Source: Chrysomallon squamiferum
Lineage: Eukaryota > Animalia > Mollusca
Direction: 5' to 3'
NCBI GenBank assembly: GCA_012295275.1
Contig: CM022671.1
Coordinates: forward strand, 21,390,001-21,454,000
Length of the DNA: 64,000 bases
The notes under the pieces were generated by a model. That model ran no database searches and was not told where the DNA came from. It was given only the letters and a program-made list of their open reading frames with translations. A program made the position numbers and the translations under genes. Each line of letters starts with the position of its first letter. Within the stretch, counting starts at the first letter, position 1. Shown here piece after piece: positions 41,742 to 57,223 of the stretch.

Positions 41742-42244
41742 TTTGAATTTTTCAAACTTCACAAAGTTCCGACAAGAAGAACTTCTTACAAATGAGATTT
41801 ATGTCTTGATTCGATTCCTTAAATTATTATTTTGTTATTTTTGTTAAATAGCGATTTTAGTTCTATAAAAGGATATATAATTTGTTGAGATGGTACTGTT
41901 TATCTGAACTACGACACTTGTAGTTATAAAAGCTTGTTACAAAGTAAACATGACACAAGAAGTAAAGGTTCAGAATAATATCCACTAGAATATCCTTGGA
42001 TACGACATGAATGGACAAGTTGATGGAGTAGAGTTGTTGCTTGAAAATTAACCGATCCACTTAAAACGGGGATTGTTCATTGCGTAGCTGTTAAACGAAT
42101 GATTTCTGTCTGCGTTCTCATTCGTGACAAAGTTAATCGCAGTCAGTGTCCTGTTACATTTAACAATATGTACTTACTGGTATAATTGTTTTGCTCCTAG
42201 CAGTGCATGAGGAAAGACAAGGCATGGGAGGGAGAATGAATAAG

Positions 42245-42368
<124 letters not shown>

Positions 42369-43998
42369 ATTACGACTATGATTTAAAATATACTGATTCT
42401 TTTAATTTGTAGAGAGGGTAATGTTCATTTAGGAACATAAAACAGTGAAAAACATGAAAATATTTTACAAATGGTACCAAAGACTGTTAACTTATATTGA
42501 CTGCATAACTATGAATTACTTTTAATTATGCGGCACACATCTTTGTAAACACTTCTCTCTTCTGTCAAAACCTTTTACAAATATGTGTTAGGTGATGTTG
42601 ATAATTTCTATTCATAATGTTCATGAAATGGTTTAATCCTTACAATTCCTCTGTACTACGGAATCTATCATGTTTTCTATTCCGGAAATATTACTATTAC
42701 TGTAAAGAAGTTGCGTCCAGTATACTTTTCATTGTTCCATTACTGCATAATTTCCCATTCTCCGTTATGCTTCATGATTAAATGAACATGTATTGTTTAT
42801 AATGTTTTTGCTAAAGAAAAACCTACACACTGCAAATGTTTAACAACCAGCGAATTCGGTATATTCTGACATATGATAGAATCATTGCTCTTTAACAGCC
42901 AGTAGACCCCAGTTTTAAGTTTGTTTACAAAGTCGAGAAACTCATATTGAATTGAGAGACAATGCCGAATTTCTGTCGTAAGATTAATCTGTTAAGACAG
43001 GGTAATGTTGTACACTTCTGAAATATGAACTGTTATTTCAATTATTTTATTTGATATTTGACCGATTGTGACTTCGGTTGTTGTTAGTCTTATTTTGTTT
43101 TGTGATTGTTGTTCTTTCTGGGGGAGGTTTTGGGGGGGGGAGGTTGTTGGGGTCTTTGGGAAATCATTTGTTTTTATTATTATTTTCTTTTATTTTTAAT
43201 TTTTGGTTTTTTGTTGTTTTTGTTTAATGTTTTGTATTAATATCGTTTGGGTTTTAATGTTTTTTTTTTATTTTAGTTTATTTATTTTGTTTTTATTTTT
43301 TTTTTTTTTTTTTTTGTTTTTGTTCATTTGTTCGTTTTCATTCCTCGTACATGCATTCCCATCTATGAGAAAATGTCTGCTAATATCTCTTGCTCTTAAT
43401 ACGACAGGTCAGTAATGTTTGAGATATTAACTGACGTGCTAAGAAGTCGTTAAAACAAATATTTACATTTATTCATTTATTAATCTGGAGGAGACACAAA
43501 AATAAATATGTACTGATTATCATTTATTTTTGTCTGTGAAATTTTTTCCTTTCATCATCATCATCTGTTAATAACAAAGACGTATTTTCACAAACGTCTT
43601 TCTAGCATGAAGATATATTTAAACTATTAATAATTTTCTCTAAAACTATGACCATATTTTGTATTTATGATGGAAATATATGGCATTAACTGTTATAGAT
43701 ACACTGTAAATGAATTGTTTATACAAACCTGGTCACCTAGAAAGGAATTATTTTTTTATTATTGATTATTTGTCTTTTATAATCTCACTTGTGGGACTTC
43801 CAGTGCCACGATTATTCTTCAGAACGTTGTCAGTATAGATTAATTACGTACAATTGCACGTATCAAGGTTATACGTCCATAATTAAAATAATAATAACGT
43901 ACTGAAGATACTTCCTTAAACTATTGCCTGTAGTTACTTGCTTCTCTTTTTTCTTTTCTTTTTTTTTTTTTTTCCTTTGTTGTTTTTCTTTCTTTAGG

Positions 43999-44043
<45 letters not shown>

Positions 44044-44667
44044 CCTTGTTTGGGATTGTTGTTTCTTTTTTCTTGTTTTTTTTTTTTTTTTTTTAAATTT
44101 CATTTCATTTATTTTATTTTAATGGGTTTTGTTCGTTAACGTACTGGTGCTTGTCGATGTTTTATTGTTATTTCTGCCTGTGATTGTCACTCTTATGCTT
44201 CATTTGCGACTGATTGGAACTGTGTTAGTACATGAGAAATAGAAGCAAGGAAGAAAGGAATCTTTTTTTTTAAAGATACATTCACCGTTTTTCTAATATA
44301 ACAGTGTTAAACGCCATTTACAGAATAAAAGGAAACTCGCGAGCCGCCATTTTTGTTTCTTGGCGAGATTAGCACTTTCCGATTTGACAGAAAAACTCGT
44401 ACAAAAAGAAAATACGGAGTATTATATTACAAATTTATTGTTTATGCAGTATATACATGTTAAAACTTCGCGATATATAAATAAATAGATTAATACGATA
44501 ATTCTGTTTTCAGAAAGTAAACTGCAAGCTTCAGTTTCATTGATCAAGAAAAACGAAATGAATGTTAGTGAAGATCCAAAATCATTAAGTTTTTTTTTTT
44601 TAAATTGTAAGTAATTAAATAATGTTCACTTGGGAGGTAATATGAATTCCAAAGAAACAAATTTTCG

Positions 44668-45116
44668 TTACATGTTCTTAACTTCAATATGGCTGAAACA
44701 CAAACCACATGCTTCGCACACTGGCGCCAAACAACAATTGATACAGGAGCCGAAGAATTTCTGCGCACATCCAAGGCCGATGGCCCATACTCGGAGACAG
44801 GGAGTTATCTGCCACACGTGTTGGAAGGTTATCATGGCGAATTCGCAGCCCCAGCAGAAGGCCAGCGGGATTCCGCAGAGGAAAGTGAGCAGCTTGTAAC
44901 AGCAGTTTTTGGTGCAGTTGAAACACTTGTACGAGTTACGCCACACACAGTCGGCGCTTCGAGCGCCTTCCGGTTCGCCCAGAACGTCTTCAAACATCAC
45001 CTGGTTTAGAACGTAATTGTGTAAAAAACAAAAAAACATTTTTCAAGATGCAAATTTGTAAAATAGTTACCTGTTTTACGTATATTTCCAAAATGAATTA
45101 ATGTTACGCTATTTAG

Positions 45117-45204
<88 letters not shown>

Positions 45205-45530
45205 TTAATTTGTTCTCACTCTGTCCCCTTACCCCACCTTTTATCACCTCATAAATTGGTGACAAAAAATATTTTAAAAGTTAATAAAATTTTAGTCCAT
45301 TTTTATATCTTTTTCTTTCTTTTTTTTTCGTAAATAGATTTTGTAAGTTCATTTATTTTGAAGATAATAGGAATCTAAAATTCAAACTCTGAAGAAAGGT
45401 ACATTAAATTTCTAGAAAAAAAGTTTATTGAATTAAGATTATAACAGGAAGAATCCTGAAAAATTTATTTGTCGGATGTATAGACTTTTATACTTTCTTC
45501 TCCTTCTTCATTTACAATTCATACACCAAC

Positions 45531-45577
<47 letters not shown>

Positions 45578-45723
45578 TTTAATAATTGTTCAGTAATGTT
45601 AGTCATTAAGTTTAAAATCAAAATTATAATTTTGAAAAAAAAAATATATAAAAAAACAAGATTTACCTTCACATGATCGTTAAGATCATTAGGGTCTCGA
45701 TTATCCATGTCAGGTTCCCCCAT
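44668..45723 (-). CDS. Caveolin paralog E (129 aa)
   Basis: Exon 1 45723-45667 (MGEPDMDNRDPNDLNDHVK, AAG|GTAAAT) joins exon 2 45000-44668 (VMFEDVLGEPEGARSADCVW...EVKNM*). There is an AATAAA on - at 44434-44439. Confidence 0.92.
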
Positions 45724-46545
45724 CTTGGCCAGAGTCTGGTCTTTTCTTTACCTGCAAGTCTCTAACAGCCAAATGAACATTTTCATCAAATGCAATCAGT
45801 TAAATATCGAATCCAGAACGTCAAAGTCATTTCTCAGAACCAAGTAACTTAACAAAGACGTGCCTTTAAGTAAATATTTTACAATTCTTAAAGAGTGTTT
45901 GTATATCGCCGTTTACGCAAAACGAAGAGAGGAATATAAAATGTTTAATGTTCCAAACAAGACATTAGCTAGGTAACATCATGTACATCAAACATGTACA
46001 TCATACTGGAAAATTAATGTAATAAGTATTCGTTTCTCTATGCATGACCTGAAATTTTTACAACAGACGATGTATGTTATATCTATATTCAAAGGAATGT
46101 TGTGACATATGAGCTAAGATTTTTTTTTTTAAATAAACAGATAATATATCCTTTTAACAATAATTACAATTTATAAAGTTTACATAATGCTAGAATTTAG
46201 GAAAACGAAAGATAACATTTTAGTTGAAAATCAAAGATGGACGTACATATGATTATAAAATAGTGTAGTTTATAGGAAATATATTGTTTCTCATTTAGAA
46301 AATGATAAATATTTCCACAAAACTGAATTACTTTTTATTTCATCGTCGTTTTTTTTTTTTTTTTTTTTTTTGTTAAGCGCAGTACAAAGACGTCTTTATT
46401 TTTATAAAATTTAAAATTTTATTTCATTGTATTTTATTTTATTTTATTTTATTTTATTTTATTTTATTTATTTTATTTTATTTAATCGTTTTCGTCATCA
46501 GTCTCTTTTTTATTCGTTATTTTGCCTCAGGGTTTGTTTGGTGTT

Positions 46546-46578
<33 letters not shown>

Positions 46579-48721
46579 GCTTTTTTGTTTTGTGTGTCTA
46601 TTGTTTAACATATATATATATAACTGTTCATTTGGCTGTTATATATATATATTAGTTGTTTTTATTTATTTATTTTAATTCATTCTATCTCCTCGTTTAT
46701 TTATTATATTTTAAAAAAAAAATCTTTGTTAATGATGATGTAATAATAACAAACAGTTTGGTAATATGCTTGCTTAAAATAAAAAAAATAATATACGATG
46801 TGTATTTAATTAACAATTCGCATTTGCAATAAGCAGAACTGTTTTGTTGAAGCTACTAACAAGCAATCAACGTTTATTTATGTTGATTTTTCCACAGTCA
46901 CACAAACTCAGGCTTGTTTTAAATATGGGTTTAAAGATGAAATGCACGTACACAGTTAAAACGTATAAATTACTAAAATTGTCTTTATGTGTGGTCAGTC
47001 AACTGTCCAGTAATTTCGGACTGTCATAATCGATCGCTTCCATCTAAAATCGTCAGTGCATGACCAAACAACTGCCCGACGATCGCAATTGATTTCGGTG
47101 TCGTCGTGAAAGAGATCACTACAACGACTGCCCCGCCCGTTTATGTTCAATCATGGATTCCCCACCCCCTGAAACTGGATTTGTGAATGTTAAAACATGA
47201 AGTGAAAAAAAAAATGTCTATAAATAACTTATGATTCTGTATTAATAATATGATCACCTACTTTTGTTTTTTTCTTTCTTTATATATACACATGTATTTA
47301 TTATTTTGAAAAGATCTAATTATACAAACAGATTTTATACATTTTTTTTTTCTTTGAACCTGTATTCAATTAAATCTTTACATGTTTGGCCAAAAAGTTG
47401 GGGTTTTTAATTAATTTTTATTATTATTTGTGTCTGGGTCATATTTTTTTTTCTAAATCAGTATAACTATTATTACGTTTATTTATGCTGTTTGGGGTTT
47501 TTTCTAGGTTTTTTCCCCCCCCTCTAAATGTGTTAGTATTTAATAACGTAAACAATGTAGATGAGTATATCACCATGCCTCCTTCCACTGTTGTCAAGAA
47601 GAAACTGCCACAGTACATTCAAGTAATTTGAATATAAAAAAAAAAGAAGGTGCAGTAAACAACACGTTGAATAAAACGGAGTTGCCTTCATAGCTTCATA
47701 GCTTCATAATTTAAACATCAAATGCTTGTATACGATTTTCTTTTTCGGAAATATCGTAACGTTAATAACTTGTGATAGAGTTGTCTGTAAAAAAAAAATG
47801 TTTGCTTTTGTCTGGTTTCTTTTCTTTCTTATAAACTAATGAAATGTACAGATGCATAATATGTAAGAAAAATAAATATTTGATTTTCAGAATTAAGAAA
47901 TGAATTTTTGGTTTTATATAATTATTCTTTTTTTTTTTTTTTTTTTTTATTTGATGGTAATATTATTATGATTATCTAACTAAATAAATTTTTTTTTAAA
48001 TTATTTTAACTTGCAAACGATTTTTTAATTTTAATGACAAATAAATCCATTAAACATTTTCTGAGGTTGGGTTTGAAGGCAATGTTGGGACAATATATTT
48101 TTTTGTGTTTGTTTTAGTTTCTGTAAAACATACCTAAATATAAATAAGTTTTTATATATATATATATATATATATTCAACATGCTGTATAGTACATACCA
48201 TTATTGGCAACGACGTTGTAGCCATGCACATCAACAAACGCCGTTGCGACAAAACAGAGTTAAACATATCGCAATGTTTACGCTGTCTGTTATTCCTAAT
48301 ACATTGCCAGTGACCAAAACAAACACTGGTGTATCTTTGTTACCAAAGTCACGAAATATCAATCTGTTCTTGACATGCCTTGACTGCGAAATGAATGGCC
48401 ATGCAGGTCAAGTATCTTTATATTTGAGTGCAGTATTTCGTGTAGAATATTAATAATGCTATACGAACAAGGTATACATGGATGTGCAGAGTATACGAAA
48501 GTCCATAATAACTGAATCAGAATTTCACCAGTACGTTTTCTTTAGCCACATAGATAGATGATAACACGAATAAGGTGATTTGGTAAGCGGAAAATATTAG
48601 ATGATTAACTCTGCCTTAATAACTAAATACACTGATTGATATAGAAATGAATAAAGTGCTTCACCTTAATTCTAAACTTAATTCTAAACAGATACTAGTA
48701 TGAAAATTATTGTATGAATTA

Positions 48722-48815
<94 letters not shown>

Positions 48816-51704
48816 AATAAATTATAAGTATTTGTTTGTATAGAAATTAATAATCATCAAGTCAGGAAATAAATTGTGCTGTATGAAAAACGGAATACTC
48901 TGGTTAAATGTCAGGGTTGTTGTGCATATCCACCGATATTAAATGCTGAATTATTGTTAAAAATGAACACATACATTACTGTATTAAAATAACAAATATG
49001 AATATCATGCGTTACCATGTGTACAGTTAATAACAGCAAGCTAGTTACCGTTTAATTATATGGTCGAAAAAGGATCCAAATCGGAATATTTAATGAATTC
49101 TACTTCTTAAAACGGCTTTAACTTTATAATTTTATGGAATTTTATCCAATATTATTTATATATTAATCGTTGATAATCCTTTGTTAATATTAACAAATAT
49201 CATTTCTTGTAGATGTTATTTTTCATTATTTTCTAAATTATCGCTTAGGTCTGCCAACAGTAAGAATACACAATATGTGTCCCAGCGAAAGAAAACCTTT
49301 GTTATCATGGGTTCCGTTTAAAAAATTAGCAAAATAGTATTTTATATATTCAAAAACTTAAAGACAGAACCAAAATTACTGCGTTAATAAACGAGCTGTC
49401 CTATTGCTCTTTCTTATGAAGATAAACATGTTTTTTATCATTATTATTATTTTTTTTATTTATTTTTTTATTTTTTTTTTTGTACTTTAATTTAACTGGT
49501 TTTTAATATCAGAGGTACATATTTTATTATGAACTATTTTAGAAATTTATAATTTTATTTAATATACCAGTGTATAACAGTAAGAATAATTGGTTACAAT
49601 CTTTGCAATAAAATTACACCTTTTTTTTTTTTCTTTTTCTTTTTTTTTTTCTGTTTTAAAAAAATAATAATAATTAAAATAAACTTTTAAAAAAATAATA
49701 ATAATAATGATCTTCGCTGAAAGATTAATTTCAGAATATGACATAACTTGATATGATTTTATTTTCGGATTCCGCCACGAGATTTTGTAGACGCATTTTG
49801 AAATCAACCTGCCTGGCCGCTGCAACGAAGCCAAAACAAGGCCGGTGTTTGGACGTCACCTTAGTTTCCGCTTTTATGGTTAGCGCCCAACCCTAACACC
49901 TCAATGGGCTGTCACTGAGCTGCGTATGAAAATAATTGGAAATCGGTCGGCGAAATAACGGCATACGTGTTAAGTTAGTAAACCAAAACGACGAGCTATT
50001 TCGGTGGTAATGTGACTGCATTCATCTGAACATATTTTTCTTGAATAAGAAATTTAGCATTGAAGAAATGAATAAAGCGTTATTAATTCGCCACACTGGT
50101 AGGTCTTCATGCTATGGAGACGGTTACTACCGACAGAAGGTACTGGACCCATAAAATAAAATAATAAGTTGTTTATCAACCCTGCCGGCATTAGAAAAAT
50201 GTTAAATGTTTTTTATTATTTCAAAATCTTAACTTTTCTACACCTTTCAGAGAATAAACGAAATATTATTTCTTAATACGTGTAATTGCTTTTAATACCA
50301 AAAGGATGGGAAATAAATTATTTTTGTGTCGTATCTTAATAAAAACGTTTTTCAAAAAGTTAGATTTGTAATGTTGTAATATTGCTTGACATTCCCCAAA
50401 GTATTGATCCAAAACCAAAAGTCTGCAAACGACCCATGTAAAAAAAAAATATAGACAGGGTATAATCTATTATCGTGCATAACAAATGTAGTTTACGCTT
50501 GCAATGAATTAATCAAAATGCTGATTCTGCGATCTATGACCAAGTTCTAGAACGCTTTGAAAGAAGATATCTCAATCTAAGTTTATCAGAAAAATGTAAA
50601 GATAATACATACACACTCACATACATGGATGCGTACACACACGTACATACGTACATCATGATGATAACTTAATTTATTACTGTTGTTATTATTACTACTA
50701 CTACTGCTACTACTACTACTACTATATTTTTCTGAAACAAAAACATCAACGTTCATACCGCCATTGTTCATTTCAATAAGTCTATTAGTTTAATAAATTT
50801 GTTCTTTGTGATTATTATTATTAAATTTACTTGTGATTTTCTGTTGATCAGAATAAAATAAAACAAACATATATGTGTGCACTTTAGTAACGCATCTAAA
50901 AGTTTTTCTCACCACTGAACAAGACCAGACTTGTACAATATGATAAATTGCCGTATGACCTTTACTGAGAACAGAATACACGCTCAGGCTATATTTGTAC
51001 CTACGCCAATGTCCATTGATTGCCAAGGCCACAATACCAACACTGCCTCCAAACAACGCGGTTGCTAGTGGTGTGGGTTTCGTGTGACAGATGCTATCAC
51101 TTTAAGAATATAACCAAACAATAATCTAAGGTTATAGTTTCTTGATAACCCATGTGAAAATGATGAATAAAGACCTCCCCTTATGAAACTGACCGACATA
51201 TTGAATCGTTTTACGATAATTTAAAGTTACGAAGAATTTTTTTTTAGTATTATCTGTTCATTTTCAAATACTTTTATCTGAAACGACAAAGATTTTAAAT
51301 ACTTTAATAGTATAATTTCTCCGTTTCTGACATGAACAGAACAAAATTATTGTCGAAATTAGCTGACAAAACATTTGTTTCTGTAACAAAGAAAATACTG
51401 CGAGCGCGCGCACACACACACAAACAAAAAATAAAATACCTGAAAGATTTATTAATTCCATCTCTAATTGATTACTATACAAGCCTTCAGTCCCTCTGTT
51501 CAGACTAAATGACGTTAGACCTTGAAATGTAATATGAGAATGTAAATCGTATATATCTTTCACATTTTAAAAACAAAACAAAAAAACCAACATACACACA
51601 CACATATTAGAATGATAAAATTTGACACTTTAATTATTTAAATCTTCAATGAATTAATTATTTGGCTCTTTACTTTTTATTCATTTATTTAATTTCTTGT
51701 TATT

Positions 51705-51777
<73 letters not shown>

Positions 51778-52627
51778 CAGATATGTATATCAAAAACATA
51801 GCAAGAGTAATACTAAATTAGCAAAAAATAATGTAAATTTTATTTATATTAAGTGAATTCATACACAAATAAAAGTAGACATGCATAAGGATTATATTTT
51901 ACCATTCTAAGGACAAGAACGAAAAGAGAAAAAAACAATGCCTGCAAATAATTAATGTCTTGGTTTTGTTTTTTGTTGTTCATAGCTACGCCGCTCTCCC
52001 GCGGAGCAATAATATCTTTTGACGAAACTGAAAAATAAACAATGTGTCCGTAACCATAACAGGTTAACTGAAGTGAATAATCTTTTCACGGCTGTCACGG
52101 TGCATACTAAATGCTCGCCAATGTTCGCCTTACAAAATTAAATGAATATGCACGAAAGTTGTAGATACTGTATAAATAATAATAATAATAATTTTTGAAA
52201 AATACAGTTTAATCTTTCCAACACTGGTTTTAGCCTCAAAAGGTGTGGTTTGTTTGAAAGGGGCGTTCTGCACTTTTTCAACTAATGAGAATTGTTAGTT
52301 TTCTATAACGAATTAATGAAAATACATTCACAAGTTATGATAAATCTGGTTAATGCAAGACATTTAAACGAACTCAAATTTACCTATCTGTGCAGTAAAC
52401 CAATCCACTTACTACCGTTTGAATATAGATTTGTCCTTTATGCAAAATGACTGATCATTAAAAATATGAATAAATATATGCATATTATAATTATGTATAT
52501 AATAATTTTGTTCTTGACAAAATACGCTATCGATAAATTTTCAAAAAAATATCAGTTCTGATATGAAGATATTATTTTTCAATGTTTATTACAAAGCATA
52601 TAAAGTAAAAAGAAAATAATGTACTAT

Positions 52628-52671
<44 letters not shown>

Positions 52672-52906
52672 TATTGGAGGAATTTTAACTGTGATTTGGT
52701 TGGAGTTTTTAAGCGGAAAACTGGGATATCCTATGACTGAACAATGATTTTATGTTTTGTTACGCTTCGTTATAATAATCAATTGTAAGGATCAACCACA
52801 GGGGATTAGTCTAAAGGAGATTCCCAAATGGTGATGAAATAATCGAAAGGTATTCTAAGGTGCAAATTTTTGTAAAGTAGAACGATATTAGCAAAATTTT
52901 TACAGT

Positions 52907-53405
52907 ATGTCTACTTGCAGATACTTTTTAGGTAAACAACTGTGGCTGCTACATAAGAAAACCACTTATCAACAATTCAGCAGTATTCGCAGATTTTTCA
53001 AACGATTTGCATCAGAGCAGTGTTGGCCAAAACAAAACAACCCGTCTGCGGATTCACTTCTGGAATCATGGTATTACGAGGTTAAAACATTTGGTTTGCT
53101 GAAAATTAAACTACCATTCAACGCCCAAATAAAGTCATTAAATCCAGAAACGCATCCAAAAATGAACAGAGTTATTGTTCAAATCGTGCATGTTTCAGAC
53201 GACACCGAAAGTATAGATAAAAAGATGTTTCTACCATCTTTGTATGATCTAAATACACATGTATGCAAGGAAACGAATGAAGTAGAAATCACTGTTGGCA
53301 TTCAGAAAGGGGTAACTCTGCCTATAGAATGTTTAGTTCAGGCTCCAATAAAAATGAGTAAGTTTATAATTTGAAATTGTAGATTATCATCATCATCTTT
53401 CATCA

Positions 53406-53464
<59 letters not shown>

Positions 53465-56448
53465 AATGCTTGTTGAATAAGTTTCCATTTCTTTTATTTT
53501 TATTTTTATTTAAAATTTAAAATTCTTGTTTAATTTTATAAGTTTTGTGATGTATTATGTCAGTTCTCAATACAGGAGTATGCTGTAACAATATAACTTT
53601 ATTTGTAATGCATTGTACACTTCCAGTGACTTACATGTTTTTAGGTGTCTTGGTTTATTATTTATTTATTTTAATTTTCTAAATATCCTATTTATGTTTT
53701 ATTTAGATCTCCAAATTGAAAGTGAAAATGGAAGTGTTGCAGTGTCAGACTTTGAAAATGAATTTGTCAGTATAAATCTTCAGAAAGGGATGTGTGTTCT
53801 TAACAATCTCAAGGTAAAAACCAAATGCCACCATTTGGACTGAAATAGGTTGCTATTGATATGATCATATGGAAACAAAGACAAAACAAAATGTTATTTT
53901 TTGTTTTATATTTCGATAACTTTCATTTAGATCAGATATCATGAGTTTCAAAACACGGTATAAATTATTAAGATTAAAAAGATTACACATCATTGTTTGT
54001 TAAATATTTATCAAATTATTTTCATATGAATAGTTTAAAATCTGTATAATACTCAAAATATTGATCTCATTACCTTTTTTTTTTACTCAGAGTGGAAAGA
54101 TCAGTGTTGCAAACAATGGTGGAAGTATTATTAGTAATCAAGTTTTACAAGCAAACATTGACCTCCAGTCAACAACAAAAGGGGTAAAGTATATCACATC
54201 ACCTTAACTGATATATGTGAGTGTATCTGTGTATATACACACACACTCACACATTTAGTTGAAATCAACTATATAATACAAAAATTAATAATTCTGTTTG
54301 TTATTTGAATTAAAGATATCTCTATATATTTTTATTAATTATTATGTCACGTGAAGAATGTGTTTTTTTAATACCAGTTTGGCACAGGAAGCATGCTATT
54401 AGCAGTATTAACAATTAGCTAGATGTGCCAAATCCTAAAAGTAACAAAATGCTACAGCCATAGATACACCTGTCATATTTAGCCACTGGATTTACATATA
54501 TGAATAGAATTAATGTTATCATTTGCTACTCGGGCATGCTCAGTAACACTACACAGAGTATGTTTGATGATGCATTTGTGACAGTTCAAACAATTTGATA
54601 GAATAACTAACTAGTCTAAATATTTCTCACAGTATGTTTCTTGAATCAGATTATTAAAATTATTATAAAAAGTAACTGGTAACATATTTTTTATTAATTT
54701 ATATTTTTAAATTTTATTTTGTTTTTGTTTTTAAGGGTATTAAAGTTCATAAGCTGCAAGGTACATCAGTGCTATGTAAGGCAAATGAAGGAGACATACA
54801 CATCCAAGATTTGTATGCTGACTCCAGCAATATTCACACAGACTGTGGTACCATTGATATTGGAAGTTGTCATGGTGATACAGAAGTGTCTGTGGATCAA
54901 GGCAATCTGAAAATAGGTAAAACTTAAACTATGTCTTTTAGAGCTATTTTCATCTATGACAGATGTAGGTGAATAAATGAGAAAATTATTCCTGCTTCTT
55001 TACTATGGGAAACATAAAATTTCTAAAATTTAAAAGCTTGATTCTTTTAATTGGCATTTAGATTTACAATGCAATTTAACAAAACAAGATGCTAAGAAAT
55101 TAAACAAATTCTAAATATATATATTTTGTTGTTGTTGCTACTATTACTGTTTTAATCCAAAAATGATAAAGTAAATTGCTTAACTATGAAATTCAATCCT
55201 AAAATGTATTTTATTTTTTATCTGGGTTTGTTTGTTTTTTGGATTTTTTCATATGTGGTAGTTTCTTAACCTTTTTCAGTATCATTTTATGTTATTTTGA
55301 CATCGTCACAAATGACAATATTGCCAGTGAAGACAAAACTAATGCTACTTTTTTCTTCTTTTCTTTGTTAAATCCACTTTGTTCATAACAAAATGAGCAT
55401 AAATGAATAATTTCTTTTACATTATGTCAACTATTACTTTGTCAGTTACATTACTTCATGGTTTTTTTATTGTCAGCATCCCTAGATGGAAATCTAAGAG
55501 CTTCTGTAAAAGAAGGTCAGACAGATGTGTATGTTTCAAGACATGAGGATGTCATGATCACCTGTGGAAAAGGTAAAATCATTAATTATATAACCTAGCA
55601 GTGCTTTGAAATGTACACCTTACAGGTTTTTAATTTTGTAACTGTTGAAAACATGTAATTAGAAAATTACCTCATTTTTCCACTTAATTTGGGGAAAGAA
55701 TAAAGTTTTAGCTCTGTTAAAGTTTTAATAATTTATTAAAAAGTATATATTTAATTGCTGATTTAATAAACTATTAAGACTTCATTAATTTTAGATAATA
55801 ATTATTTGTTTTCTTTCAGAATTAAATAACTCAGTTAAATTAGTATAGAAATTCAGGAATGAACAGCTATGAAATTATGCAATTTAAAAGTATTATAGAT
55901 CTAATTTTTTCATGAAAGGTCTGAATGTAAAACTCTTACTAATGATTACTTATTAACACAGACTGTTTAATACATTTGTTACAGGGGACATAACTCTGAA
56001 ATATTCAGACACTACTGAGTCAAAGTTGGAGCTAATAGCTGATGCAGTGTTCTGTGATCAGCAAATACAAGATACACTTCAAGAAACACCTTTAGCGAAC
56101 AGCACTACTTATAAAGGTTTGACTTTATTTCAAAATACTTTTAAAGTAAAGTTTCAGAAAATTAAAATGAAACTATGTATTTCTTCAACATTCTTAGAAT
56201 TTTTAATTTTATCTTATTTAATATTTTATACTGTTTAAATATTATGATCAGAGGTTAGATTATTGTTTGTGTGTGTGTGTTTCTGTTTCTGTTTCTGGGT
56301 TTTTTGTTAGTTTAAATGTTTTATATTTTTAACAGGTTTTATCAACAAGGAGAGTGCTAACACAATCAAAGTTTCTACACAACAAGGCAGTATTACTTTT
56401 GCAATACAGGACTGGCTAGCTTCAATAGGTCTCAAACAAACACCATGA
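52907..56448 (+). CDS. FAM185A: FAM185A-like protein (DUF4097/adhesin-like beta-repeat), ~390 aa, with a basic N-terminus resembling a mitochondrial presequence
   Basis: Exons 52907-53357, 53707-53813, 54091-54183, 54736-54916, 55477-55572, 55985-56116 and 56336-56448 are all GT-AG and in frame (1173 nt). Motifs include W.YEVK.FG.LKIKLPF, KLQG, LYADSS, IGSCHG, SLDGNL and a C-terminal QDWLASIGLK. Confidence 0.8.
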
Positions 56449-56858
56449 CAATTTTTGTTTTACTGTCTTATATTGTCTGTGATTTTATAAAGATATTAAT
56501 AAATAAAATAATAAAATGTGAACTTATAATTAATATTCCTGTTGTTTAATTTTGTTTTCATAAAAGAAGCGGTCTTTATATTTCTGGAGGTTTTTTTTTT
56601 TTTTTTTTTTATGTAAATATGAAAGATTTGATATTTTATTTTTAAGAGTGGTGATGGGAATTCTAAATTCAGCATCATTTTCTATCCAAGAATGAAATTC
56701 TAAACATAATAATTTATTTATCTATTTTTTTTTTTTTGGAATAAACATATTTTAAATGCAAACCAAAAACAAACATCTGTAATTCACATTTTACCTGCTG
56801 AATGAAACGGATTTAAAAAAAGACAAAAGAAATTACTTTTGTCTTTCATATACATTTA

Positions 56859-57218
56859 TTATTTAAATAGTTTAAACTGTTTAAAATACTTCTGTACATC
56901 TTCTTTCTTGTATGGTTTTACTGCTACACAAGTTGGAATGTTTTCTGGCTGTTCAATCCAGAGTTTGTGTGCAATGTTTTCACAAGTTAGTTTTTCTGAA
57001 AGAGTTTTCAAACTAGACTCATCCTTTGCCTCCAGGACAACTTTATGCATTCTGTCTAAATCAGATAAATATTGCTTAGTAATTTCATCATCATAATACT
57101 GATGCATTACAGCTGTACATGCATGGCATGCTTGAGCTAACAGTGCCCCAGTTGGCCATTTCAGTGCTGTAACAAGATCACTGCGAACAACAATGTACTG
57201 GACAACATTTGATGCCAT
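56859..57218 (-). CDS. PTRHD1: Peptidyl-tRNA hydrolase domain-containing protein 1 (PTH2 family), intronless CDS, 119 aa
   Basis: Motifs VQYIVVRSDL, WPTGALLAQACHA, LDRMHKVVLE and HKLWIEQPENIPTCVAVKPY...FKLFK. An AATAAA overlaps the stop codon. Confidence 0.93.
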   Translation of the reverse strand: MASNVVQYIVVRSDLVTALKWPTGALLAQACHACTAVMHQYYDDEITKQYLSDLDRMHKVVLEAKDESSLKTLSEKLTCENIAHKLWIEQPENIPTCVAVKPYKKEDVQKYFKQFKLFK

Positions 57219-57223
57219 TTTAT

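Noticed and set aside
49559-49834. 91-aa minus-strand ORF as a possible eighth caveolin first exon or a new gene
   Set aside because: It has no RDP..LN motif, runs into low-complexity sequence and has no recognisable domain.
50880-51090. Possible tRNA gene or tRNA-derived SINE head on the minus strand
   Set aside because: There is only vague A/B-box similarity and no cloverleaf could be folded, so it is too degenerate to call.
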